Notes under the pieces: model-generated
What the model was told of the DNA's origin: nothing
Database searches by the model: none
What the model saw: only the letters and a program-made list of their open reading frames with translations
From: Takakia lepidozioides
Taxonomy: Eukaryota; Plantae; Bryophyta
Direction of reading: 5' to 3'
Length of the DNA stretch: 64,000 bases
Assembly: GCA_030704615.1 (NCBI GenBank)
Contig: CM060733.1
Span: 72,230,001 to 72,294,000 of the forward strand
In this document: one piece after another, positions 14,125 through 25,711 of the stretch
How positions within the stretch are numbered: position 1 is the first letter of the stretch
How the letters are laid out: every line of letters starts with the position of its first letter
Translations under genes and position numbers: made by a program

Positions 14125-14355
14125 CTTCTTTTTTTTATATAAAGGAAACCGGGGAGCGACAGCCCCCAATTCAGGCCCTTGAGGAGGGGAAAAATTAACC
14201 CTCTTTCATTTATGGGCCATGAGACCTACAGGACGAACAACCCCGACATATACGGCCACAAACAATCCACACACGGGGCAGGGCAGTGGGTTTGAACCCC
14301 AAACCACCAAGGTGACACACTCTGCACTTACCAGCTAGCTACCATGTGATAATCC
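14125..14355 (-). mobile_element. tRNA-derived SINE
   Basis: On the minus strand: box A-like TAGCTAGCTGG, box B GGTTCAAACCC at tRNA-like spacing, and an A-rich tail (T-run at ~14125-14136 on plus). TSD unclear. Confidence 0.65.
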
Positions 14356-15371
14356 TCTTCTCTACTTCTTTTATCTACTAGGGCTACGCGTTGCTCCGCA
14401 CTACTAGTGATGACTTCGGAGAACAAGGTCCCAAAAATACGGCATGGGATGAATTGCTAATTTGTTGATGGGGTCTATTCAAGTCTTACGAAAAGATGGA
14501 CTGCATTGTGTTATGACAGATGAAGCAGTTTTGGAGCTCCTCAACTTTATGCTCTCCAGTGATTATGAGCACATTGTCGTTCTCCAATCGCACCTGAATG
14601 AGCAGCGAGCATTCGTGGCGAGGATAGACAAAGCAATTGGTTCAAAACACAACGTCAAACGAATAGCAATCAACTTGTCCAAGTGAGGAGCGAGAGGAAG
14701 CAAATATAGGTGCAGGCAGTAGTCTGGAGTGGACCCGCGATTTCTAGAAAGCCCGGGAACACGCAGCCGTGCGGTCCTGAACGCTTTGGAAGCGTTGTAG
14801 GAACGACCTCTTTTGCGATCTCGTTCATCCCCGAATATGGATGATAGACTGGGCTGCAGATGAATGTATCTATGCACGCTGTTACCTCACTCCTTGTGCC
14901 TTGGGGTTTAGGGTTTGAATTCCTTTGGCGCCATCATACCTAGCGTAGCACTGATTGAAAGATTTCCAAAGTGAGAGAGAAAGAGAGAGAGGAATGGCGG
15001 CTTGCAGCATGAGTGTTATAAACATGGTGCAAACATCTCCATGTATGCGTGTGTTTCATTTTGTTGTTTGCAAGCTGCAAATGGAACCCCGTTAGATCGA
15101 TCTTCTACAAGAGAAGACCTGTAATAATATGTACAGGCTATGTTTCAAGATACACAATGCACTTTCGAGCTCCTCACTTCAAAAATGCATTGAAATAATC
15201 GTTACCGACTACAACTGCCGAACCCCCCAAATTTGAGGTGTAGTCGGCCCCGACTATCAATCCCACAACCCCGGCCTACAATGACTAACCAACATGACAT
15301 ACCCTCCTCATAATTGGTGCCGACTATCAATCGAAAGCAGGGCCCCACAGAGACATAGTCTGTACCGACTA

Positions 15372-16690
15372 ATGAGTCTATCTCTAGTACATTCAACCAT
15401 ACTAAAATCGCCACCGAAAATCCAGTGAGAAATGAGGGGGAAGCTCAATACTTTATGCCTTAAGAAAGACCAGAAGGCAACCTTGTCAATTACATAATTC
15501 GGGGCATAGATGTTCACGAAAGCACTTTCTCGAAAGGAAGAGTATGGAAGGGACCAGAATTGGTGAAACGAGGATGGTAGTTCCCCCATGGGAGTCAGCT
15601 ATCGCCGGGTTCCACCAACATGCATTTAGAGGCCAAAATGAAGGACCTAGAGCGTTGCAGATGTCTGCGTTTTGGCATAGTTGCTTCCGACCCAATGCCA
15701 CGCACATTCCACAAGGAACAATTCATGGAGGATCTGGCAGCAAGCCCATGGGAAAACCATGATTCGATGGCTTGAAAATAGAAAGGCAGCACCCCACAAC
15801 ACCATATAAAGGTGATGAAATGAGTGCCACAAAGGATTCCAAGGGCACAAAGCATGTTGCAAAAGATTGCTTTCTTATAAAATTGAGGCAGGGCCAAGCA
15901 CCTATCCATCCTGAGCAAATCCTCCACATATTGAGTCTCTGAAGCAAAATAGACTTGAGGGCCAGACAAGACATCATAGTGAAAGGCGAGGTCAGGCAAG
16001 GGGAACGTCTAGGGACATCGAATGGAACCAAAGGCATTTGTCGACCCCTACTTGTCTTAAGTCAGGCCTTGCAGAGCTGAAGAGAGTGAAAAAGAGGGTG
16101 GCTCACCGGAGGGGGAGCTTGGAGAGCCAGATCCATTGGAGCCAGATTAGCCAAGGGAGATTCCACCTCCATCGTGGAAATGACCATGAGGCCGTCACTG
16201 GAGTGAGGCTTTACCAAAGAGGCAGTGTATGCTTTGGCTTTCTTAGTAGCGAACATAAGCTTGTTACTCGATTGGAGTATTTCTGCCATCCACTGCTTAT
16301 CCCCTTGCAAGCCCACATCATTAGGAATGGAGTCTCCAGATAGCCACATCATGCTAGCAATACCTGCCTCAAGCAGTCTGACTTCGGAGAGCCTCATGAC
16401 AAGCAAGACCTGTACAGAGAAATCGTAAGGAGCAACGTTTGACGAAAGAGGAAGGAGCCAAAGTAAATTGTCGTTTCTGCAGATAGAGAAAAGAGGGGAA
16501 GTTGGGAGGAGAAGATCTGTTTAACCTTGGGATCATGAGCTCAATCTCTTGAGAATCAATAAGAGAGAAAACATCAACCTCCGAGATATATGTGTTGAGG
16601 AACATATTATCATCCGTCAAGAGAATTGAAGGCTTCCCGTCTAGAAAGTCAAACATGATAGGGGTGATTTGGGGAATGCTAGAGTGTGAG
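15372..16690 (-). pseudogene. L1/Tx1-type LINE: N-terminal half of the APE endonuclease plus upstream ORF1-end region
   Basis: MNCSLWNVRG at ~15724, FVNIYAPN and WIFGGDFSMVE..DR across frameshifts. Confidence 0.8.
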
Positions 16691-16699
16691 CCTAGCCAC

Positions 16700-18475
16700 G
16701 CGAGCCCAAGAGCCTGTGAGCCCAAGAGCCTGACGTGAGCCCAATCCATGTGGCACGAGAATGGGGGAAGATGCAGGGTGTATTTCCGCGGATGAGCACC
16801 CATTCCCGTGGAAACACGGCAAATCGACAAACACAGCAAACCCTAATCCTAACCCTTAGCAAACTGCCATGTTCGTGAAGGAAAACAGGCTGGGAATTAA
16901 GCTGACGTCATTATCGCGGAAACACGGCATACACGGCAAACCGGGGAAACACTGCAAATCGTAATCCCAAACCCTAACCCTAACCCTTAGCGAACTGCCA
17001 TGTTCGTGGAGGGAAACAGGGAGGGGATTTTCAGGTGGCCAAATGGCGAAAAATCGTCAATAAAAAAAACGCTGACCCTAACCCGCCGGATACCCGGGGT
17101 GAAAATCCGGACCCGCACGACACTGTCGTCGATGATCATCCTGAAATCATGATCATGAAGAAATTGAGTGCGTTGACGCACTCAGTTCTCCAAGGGGAGG
17201 GAGGGATTTTTTTTTAAATTATTATTATTATTTTTTTCCCCCTCCCCCCCCCCCCCCCACGCAGAATTGAGTGCGTCAACGCACTCAATTTCTTCATGAT
17301 CATGAATTCACGATGATCATCGACGACATCTACCCAAATGCCCGGGGAGGGGGCGGGGAAAAAAAAAAAAAAAAAAAAAAACTTATTTATTTTTTGAAAT
17401 TCTCATTGTGGACCCACGGGGGCAGCACAGATGTAGCCATGGCAGGCCCCATGCAGGATGATCTGATGGGCCAGATGAGGAGTGGGTTTAGGATTGTGGG
17501 GCCTCCTCCGTTTCCCAAGGAGATGCTCGTCGCCAGTCCTGCGAGAACTATACACCTCATTTATACCAATTAGCCTATGGTTTTCACATAGAAAGAGTTC
17601 CATTCGTCCTATGGCTTTCAACTATTTCTGTACTTCACCTTCTATTGCTCATTAACATCCATTTGATTCGCAAAATATGGCAAGGGTGGAAATACATGTA
17701 GTCTACCAATTCGAGGAAAATTACCTAGAGTGGGCCACTACCCTACACCCAATATATATAGCCACTCCTATCCCTTTTCAAAATCCCTAAAAAAAACCCT
17801 GGTTAGGGTCCGGGTTACCTATCCGGATCCAGACCGTGTCATCACCAAAAACTCGGACCCTGACCCGGGTTCATTTTAAAACCGGACCTGGACCCGCCAG
17901 CTAGGTCCAGAACCCATTAAACCCGCTACTCGCGGGCCAGAGTTGGTATAGTCATCTTCCCTAGTTTACTAGTTGACTTTCTAGAGAGTTCTACTTTCTA
18001 GATAGTTCTACTATTGTCGGTGGGTTAAAAAACAACTCACTAGTGGGTGTGGCTGCTGCATGAGTATACTTATAGGAACAGTGACCAGAGAAAGTTGGGG
18101 CTTGGTGAGAGTGGGGCCAGATGGGATCGCGACTTGGGGCTTGTCTTCAAGGTGGAGCGCTTGGGGCTGGTGGAGGGTGGGACCAGCTGCGTGAAGTGCT
18201 TGGGGTGGGAGTGTTTGGGTTGACGAAGTAGGGCTGGGGGAATTGGGTCGATCGTCGTGCTTCTAAAGGGGACTCAATATGTCGTGTTTGCCATATATTG
18301 TCGTGTTTGCCGTGTTTGGAAGTTTTGCCGTGTTCACCTCTTCTTCCAAAATATATGCTTCCACGGTAATAGGACCCCCTCTAAACCCTGTCCTCACTTA
18401 TAGGACTTGCTTCTCCCTCCTCTAACCTCACGCTTAGAGGGCAAAGCGTGAGCCGGGCTCCTGGGCTCACGCCGT
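16700..18475. mobile_element. Probable non-autonomous DNA element(s) interrupting the LINE
   Basis: AAACACGGCAAA motifs at 16811-16945 are inverted relative to TTTGCCGTGTT motifs at 18283-18335; GTGAGCCC-like motifs at both edges; ACCCG/CGGGT cluster at 17805-17935. Confidence 0.5.
17124..17328. repeat. 66-bp inverted repeat (3 mismatches) with a nested palindrome in each arm
   Basis: Arms at 17124-17189 and 17263-17328; each contains TGAGTGCG-TTGA/TCAA-CGCACTCA. Confidence 0.92.
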
Positions 18476-18479
18476 AGCT

Positions 18480-19911
18480 ATGCTCGAGTGATTTGGATCT
18501 TCACTGTAACTGATCCCACTAGGTCTCCGCTGTCATTAGGAACTGCTGTCTCAGATAAATAAACATTCGAGAGAGACTTCAATTGATTCAAGCAATAGCT
18601 TGCCAAATTCGGGGGGATCCTTGCTCCAAGAAAAAAAAAAAGTTGGCTTAGCTTGAATTTGCCTCTCCAAAAGAGCGGATTTGGATGGGAGGAAGAAGAT
18701 TCGCAGGCTGACCGAGACTGAATTTTCGCGCATCCTTTTGGCTGGAGGTTGTTCTGAGGGAGCCGAATCCGTTCGTTTTCCGGCCATCGGGGTTGTGAAA
18801 TCTTGCAAGTCCCTGCGTACAGAACCAATCTTAGCTTCCCTTTGAGGAGGGATCTGCCTCAGATTATGGTTCAGCATGTCTTTGCAATCAGCCTTTACTT
18901 GAACAACTCGATGGCAGAAATGGCAGATCACAGTCAAGAGCTCCTCATGAATCACCACCAAAACAAAAGAGATCCAAAGTTGGCAACTTAATTGTTGAGG
19001 GCAGCTTATCTTTTTCTGGCATTAGAACCACTATTCTTGGGATGCCACTCTCTCTCTGAATATCAAAAGCTGCGTTGTCCGTGTCGACACTCCGAGGGTG
19101 AAGAACCTCATGATCGTTGACGATGATGGCGCCCACAAAGGCTCCAAAATGAGCTCCAATCTCTGGGAGCGACCTTAAGTAATTTCCAGGAAGAAAAGGG
19201 AGAGCAATACCCTCGGCTTGCAAGTAACTCCTCCCTTGTGCCCCCACTCGGGGGACCAGGGGAAAATGTTCACCCTGACCCTTGAGAGGGATGTGTTGAA
19301 AGCAAGCGCTTTGGTGGCATGTTCCGCTGACGAGAACATAATGGAGAAGAAACCTCTGCCAAGAGGAATGCAGAAGTGTTGTGTAAGACCACCTCCGCCA
19401 CCAGGTGTTCAAGAGCCCACCTCCTCGCCCAATATCTGTCCCTAGCTCGGCCAGGGAAGTGCACAAGGATGCCCTACTCTTTGAGAGCGAGCGAGTGCTC
19501 TTTCACCAGAGCCATATCCAGGGATAAAATAGGCTGATTTGCGTCGAGATTCCCAGCCGTCTCGCTCCATTCTTGAGAGACCCGACCGGGGGAGTAAGCA
19601 CTATCTGTAGGACCAAAATGCTGAATGGGGCCAGAACGAGCAGAAGGACCAATGCCCAAGACCTCCAGATCCGCACGGGAATCTCTTTTAGTGGAGTCCC
19701 AGGCTCTGTTTTTGGGCTCTCTTCTTGAATCTCTTATGTTGTCTCTTCTAGAGTCCCTCTTGAAAGAATCATCTCTCCTGCGAGCCGGAACAGCTGAGAC
19801 AAAAGACGCCATTTGCAAGAGGAAGAAAGACTGAGGAAGGGCTGAGAGGAAGCTAGAGCGGTGAAGAGAGAGACTGCCGAGAATGGAGAGGAAGAGTGAG
19901 TGTAAATCCAA
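18480..19911 (-). pseudogene. L1-type LINE ORF1 (DUF4283-like), disrupted
   Basis: The minus frame over 19250-19375 reads PLGRGFFSIMFSSAEHATKAL..NIFPWSP; there is a CxxC (CHFC) downstream; same strand as and upstream of the APE fragment. Confidence 0.6.
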
Positions 19912-20504
19912 GATATGTAGAAACAGTGAGGACCGAAAGGGGGGGGGGGGGGGGGGGGGGGGTCGTCAGCCCGCCAAGCAACACAGAAAACGAAAAAAAC
20001 TTAAACTCTCCACCTTGGAGCAGGAGACCAGAGCTATAACAGAGCCAACTTCGCGTTATTGCCTAGTGCAGAGAAGCAGAAAACAAAAGTGAGAGTTTCC
20101 AAAAGCAGATGGAGAGGGAACCGCGCCACACGAGACATGAAGGAGACGGAAGCACATAAACTCTGATGCGGGCTCGTCAGGAAGACAACCTAGGCGGGAA
20201 AAAGAAACGCCGGCTTTGCAAGGGACGTGTGGACCTCACAGAGTCGGACGAAATGATCATTTAAGGTGGTGGGGCATCACCATTATCAAAGGATGGCAGC
20301 TGATGAAGAAGGGGAATTTCACCGAACTCCTCCAGAAACATTCAATCCACAGTAGGTATGAACAGAAACTGATGAAGACATTGGGGAGGGGGAAGAGGAA
20401 GAGAAAGAATTACGAAGCATGGGGGAGCAAGAGCCCAGAAAACGGCCCAGTCCCGGAGCCACTCACCGGCTTTTGCGGAGCTCCCCCACGACTGGATTGT
20501 CTCT

Positions 20505-21225
20505 TTTTTGTAAATAGAAAATAAGTTGACCGCACAATTGACGGCCGCTTCTTTTTTTAATTTATAAACTCATGCAATGCTGAGAAAATAGCCTGAGCGT
20601 AGCGCGTCCATCGGTTCGACGACGCTCCTTTCAAAAATGAAAAGCGAAGTTAAAATAAGATAAATATTTCAAAAACTCATGCAATGCGAGAATACAAGAC
20701 GTGCGCATCCTAGTCAGAGGTCGATTTTTAAAAATAAATATAAAAAAATCAAAAATAATTTCTCTTTTATAAATAGAAAATAAGTTGACCGCACACTTGA
20801 TGGCCGCTTCTTTTTTTAATTTAAAAAAATCATGCAATGCTGAGAAAATAGCTTGAGCATAGCGCGTCCATCGGTTGAATGATGCTCCTTTCAAAAATGA
20901 AAAGCGAAGTTAAAATAAAATAAATATTTCAAAAACTCATGCAATGCGAGAATATAGGACATGCGCGTCCAGGTCAGAGGTCGATTTTTTTTTAATGTTA
21001 AAAAAAACAAAATATTTTTTTAATAAAAAAAATAATGTGACTGCACAATTGACGGCCGCTTTAAAAAACTCATGTAATGCTGAGGAAATAGCCTGAGTGC
21101 GCGTCCATTGGTTGGACGACGCTCCTTTCAAAAATGGAAGGAAAATGTAAATAAGATAAATATTTCAAAAACTCATGCAATGTGAGAATACAGGACGTGC
21201 GCATCCTAGTCAGAGGTCGAATTTT
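20505..21225 (+). repeat. ~250-bp tandem repeat array (about 3 units), family S
   Basis: Unit markers GACCGCACAATTGACGGCCGC, ACTCATGCAATGCTGAGAAAATAGCC and GTCAGAGGTCGATTT. Confidence 0.92.
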
Positions 21226-22194
21226 GACTTTGACATGATACTGCCGATGTGACAACAGGAAAGTATCCAGAAATAGGTAACAGAGACGAGGACAAGCTGT
21301 GGAATGAATACTTTTCTGACCCCAGTCAATGGTGGGACAATCGAGGCAAGAAGGTGAATGCTTGTTGGATTATAGAGAGTAGCAGATGCAATTGAGCATA
21401 GGAACTAGTGTGATAAGCTGAGTTGGGTGTTTCCTAGAATAAATCTAGGCTGTCATCGTCAGCTGCTAGCAGCAAGGCAAGGATGTATACTTGATTTGTG
21501 CAGAGGCATGGATAGCTGAAGAAGCAGGGATATAGTGTGGGTCTAGACTCAGGTGTTTCCGCCTTGGCAGGTTGCTCAGTGACCTTCCCTGATAGCTTTG
21601 GAGTATAGTGAGTGTCTCACAATGCAATGTTGGTTGGTGCATCTTTATGCAGGAACTTGGAAAACAAACAAATGTCATTTTTTGGAGCTTTAGGCTGAAC
21701 CCCTGTGCTGGGCTGCATTGTGCAGCTGGCCTCTGCCTCAGACTCAGACTCAGATCTTTGATCTTAGACTCAGACTCTTTGATGTCAGACTGAAGTGTAT
21801 TTGGGCAATGAAGCACTTATGTAATTTTGAATTATCGTTGCATCTGCTCATTCTATCTGTTGTTCTCGCCATGCTTAGTCAGTTCTTCATGTCATGAGCA
21901 GGTTGTTGCCGTGATGCTTTGGAATTGTGTTTAGATGTCTTTAGATCGTGATACTGACCACAAGCAACCTACGGTGAACTGTGGTATCCTCCACATTTAT
22001 GTGGAATGTCCTACAACATAGGCCGTAGTATTTCACACCCGCTATGGTCTTTTTCCAAATTTTGGGCTTACACTTCAATCATGTTGGGACCTATAACCGC
22101 GAAATTCGGCACTATTTTTCGGCGGAGACACCTATTACCGCGCAATACGTCGCCGATTTTTCTGCTTGCGGAACTTATAAAAAAATAAAAATAA

Positions 22195-22490
22195 ATATAT
22201 AAATAGAAAATAAATTGACCGCATAATTGACGGATGCTTGTTTTTTTAATTTAGAAAACTCATGCAATGCTGAGAAAATAGCCTGAGCTTAACGCGTCCA
22301 TCGGTTGGACGACGCTCCTTTCAAATATGAAAATAAAACGAAAATAACATAAATATTTCAAAAACTTCTGCGATGGGAGAATATAGGACCCGCGCACCAT
22401 GGTCGGAGGTCGATTCTTTTAACAATAAAATTTAAAAATAAAATAAAATATAAAATAAAGTGACTGCACAATTGACGGCCAATTCTTTTT
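22195..22490 (+). repeat. Family S repeat, about 1.2 units
   Basis: Same markers as 20505-21225. Confidence 0.9.
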
Positions 22491-22674
22491 CTCACAATGG
22501 ACAGTGAGTTCTTGGACAGCTTTGTTTCCAAACATTGAGTGGATGCTAACCAAGGTAAGATTGAAGGTTGGGTGCAGTCCGACACACCAACAAGTATTTG
22601 ACATTGTGTTTGTAAAGAATCATGGATCTGTGTACAAAGAACTCAAGGTAGAAAATAAATCATGGTACACTCGT

Positions 22675-22761
22675 GGAGTTGATGGATTGCTTGCTAATCG
22701 TTTCATCAGACACGTATTGGGTTTCATGCCAAAGCTGGTTGTATTGATTGTTCCTCAAGAA
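22675..22761 (+). pseudogene. EDM2-like C-terminal methyltransferase-domain fragment
   Basis: GVDGLLANRFIRHVLGFMPKLVVLIVPQE matches the segment that follows the NPPF motif in plant EDM2 proteins (GV..LANKFI.KAL.F.PK...LIVP.E, recalled from memory). Confidence 0.65.
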
Positions 22762-23959
22762 AACAATTTGATGATTTGATTTGATGATTTGATGATTGCG
22801 AGGGTTGCAAAGCGTCATTTGCAGCCAGAAGAACACCGACAATTTGTACGGCAATGTCCGGGCAGCGAAGATACAGAAGGTGAAGCATTGTGAGCGGTGA
22901 CGAGTTTTCAATGCTTGCATTAGAACCCCCAATCATTTTATCACTGTTCAGACGGATTCCATCATTTGAAGTATACTTGGCCCGATTGCCGATGTTATGT
23001 AGATGCTCGCGCACTGGAGACTGCCCGAAAATAGATTGCAACTTCAGAGATCGCATCCCTACCAGACGGGCAACGTCCATCACAACCTCTACAAGACCTC
23101 CAACCTCTACCAAGATGAAGCATTGTGAGCAGTGACGAGTTTTCAATAGCATGGGGAGATGTGAAGGGGGAGCGAACCCCTAGCCCCTCCCAGAACATGG
23201 GGATCAAAGTAGGGGGACCAGACACGTGGGGGGATGTAGTAGAGGGGGAGCTGACATGTGCGGAGAGAGTACTGGATATGACTTGCATGGCGATTCTGTG
23301 GTCAGGGAGGTGGTGACACGTGGGCAGCGAAGACAGGGGGAGCGACGGGGGGGGGGACCAGACAGTGGGGGAGCAAAAACTCAGGAGGGATTGGATGTTT
23401 GGGGGTTTGCAAGTGACGGATTCAGGGAGGGAGACAACTCATGAGAGGAAGGGGACCCTAAACTGCAGGGGCAGGGAACATGAGAAGAGACCATTGTGTA
23501 GGACGAGTAAAACACCATGCTAGGTCGAACAAGAAATCCCTATAAGTGCATGTATTATGAACTGGCCGGTATACAACCATCTTGGACTCCAACCTCCATC
23601 AATCCTATTCAGCTACTCCATACCCAACCATGTTTGATTCTGCAACACACAGATGTTCACATTTGAATCTAGCAAGGTAAGTAGTATGAAAAAACAAGCA
23701 TGAAGTTGAGGCTGAAAAAAAACAAACAACAAACAAGAAAGAGGCAAACAAGAAAAAACAACAAAAGAAGAAGAACAAGAAGAAGAAAACCCCCTGTACG
23801 CATTGTATGCAAGACGTGAGTCGCAAGAGAATCACAAACGCCGTAGAGCGCACACGATTGAGGCCCTGGCAGGTCATCCCAAGCCCATCGAAGCAGGAGC
23901 ACAAACAAGCACGACAGCTGGAAACCCTCCCTCGATCCAGATGGAGAACCCTACCTCCA

Positions 23960-25200
23960 CGACGAAGTGAACAGCACATGCAGGTCCACGTGGTGCGATA
24001 CCCACCGTTGGAAATGGAAGGGATTGGGGGATCGGTCGAAGGGGGATCAAAGCAGGCAAGACCAGGGAGGGGGACCAGTGACCAAATTGGACGGGGGATC
24101 AAACGAGGGGGGGGGGGGAGGGCGGCGATGGCACGGGGATCGCGCCTCCAATGGGATGAGGGGATCGACGGCGGGGGGAGCGCCATGTGGCAGTGGGCGT
24201 GCCATGGGGCCTTCAAACCGGCCGTCGCCCATCCATTGCGCGGGAGGATGGCGGGGGGATGAGGGGCGGATGACCAGAACATCCATTGTTTTGAGGTTGG
24301 ATGGATGATCAGGGGATCGACGGTTCAGGGGAGCAGCACGTGGCGGGCAATTAGGGGTGGGGGATCACTGCGGGTCCGGAGTGGGGATCAAGCCAGGTCG
24401 GGGGGAGCGGCGACGTGTGGGGGATCGCGCCGTGGATGGGAAGAGGGGATCGGCAGCGGGGGGAGCGCCACGTGCCGTCCGATGGGTGGAGGGGGATCAG
24501 TCACCGCATTGGACGAGGATCAACGGAGAGGGGGGGGGCCGGCGACGTGTCGGGGAGATCGGGCTGTCGATGGGAAGAGGGGATCAACGGCGGGGGAGCG
24601 GGAGGGAGGATGGCGGGGGTATGAGGGGTGGATGACACACAACATCCACTGTTTGTCAGGTCAGATGGATGCGCAGGGGATCGACGGTCTAGGGGAGCTG
24701 CACGTGGCGGGCGATTGGGGTTGGGGGATCACTCCCGATCCGGAAGGGGGATCAAGGCGCGTCGGGGGAGCGGCGACATCTCGGGGGAGCGCGCCGCGGA
24801 TGGGAGGAGGGGATCGACGGCGGCAGGAGCGCCACGTGGCGATGGGCGCGTCATGGGACCTTCAACCGCCGTCATCCATTCAATTGAGGTTGGATGGATG
24901 GGAGGGGATCGACGGTTCGGGGTAGCGCCAGGTGGCTGGGGATGGGGGTGGGGGATCACTCCGGCACTGGAAGGGGGATCAACCCAGTGAGGGGATCCAC
25001 AGCGGGGGGCCGCCATGTGGCTGGAGATCGGGGGTGGGAGATGGGCGCCGCGCGGCCAGCGGTGGGGCGGGGGTCAGGGTCCCGGGCGGGCGAACGTGGG
25101 AGGCGCGGGGGGGGGGGTCAGGGGGCGCGGGGAGCAGCGGGCGGGCGGGGGCGGGGCAACGGGCGGAGGGGTGGGGATGATTTGACATGGGGCGTCCAAC
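23960..25200 (+). repeat. G-rich, CpG-rich degenerate tandem repeat built on GGGGATCG(ACGG)
   Basis: Dozens of GGGGATC motifs and recurring GGGGGAGCG..CACGTG blocks; the ORFs here are low-complexity artefacts. Confidence 0.8.
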
Positions 25201-25711
25201 TCGCCGACGAGGCTGCCGGAGCGGGGGTTCCCCGGCTGTACCTCGTGGGCCGTACCCGTCAGTGGGACCGCATAAAGAGAATGACAATGACCAAGATTTC
25301 ACTTTCTGCATCTTCGCGGCCTGAACATTGCCCTACAAATTGTCGGTGTTCTTCTGGCTGCAGCGGGCTGAATATACTTCAAATGATGGAATGCGTTTAA
25401 ACAGTGATAAAATGATTGTGGGTTCTCCCACTTTTGGTGCTGTTGACACGTGTCCATCGACTGATCCCCTGCTCCCCCACGTGCCCGCTCTCCTAGCTAC
25501 ACTGCACGTGCGGAATGTCTTCCTCGCGAAGCGACTCTTCGGTGGCGGCTCTTCGTTGTGGTTTATCAGCTGCTCTACTCATATCCTCTTTGCTGTCTAT
25601 GCTGTGTGTTTTCCTTTTGTTTGTTGCAATACGTGTGCTCTTCCTTGTTTTCTCTGGCTTCTGTTCCTTGCTTTTTATTTTTTGTATTTTGGCATCGTGT
25701 GCTCGTTGCCG

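Noticed and set aside
14270-14355. tRNA gene
   Set aside because: A and B boxes are present, but I could not build a convincing cloverleaf, and a body plus A-tail follows, which fits a SINE.
20090-20500. 3' end of another LINE on the minus strand
   Set aside because: Only a vague resemblance to 54700-54800; no diagnostic motif.
21240-22000. LTR fragment with a tRNA-Met PBS
   Set aside because: TGGTATC matches only 7 nt and there is no partner LTR.
23605-25400. Many long Gly/Arg/Pro-rich ORFs on both strands
   Set aside because: They arise from stop-poor G-rich repeats and show no domain motifs.
25328-25711. Hydrophobic N-terminal extension of the 391-aa ORF
   Set aside because: It is T-rich leader or repeat sequence with a non-ATG start; the plausible start is ATG 25712.
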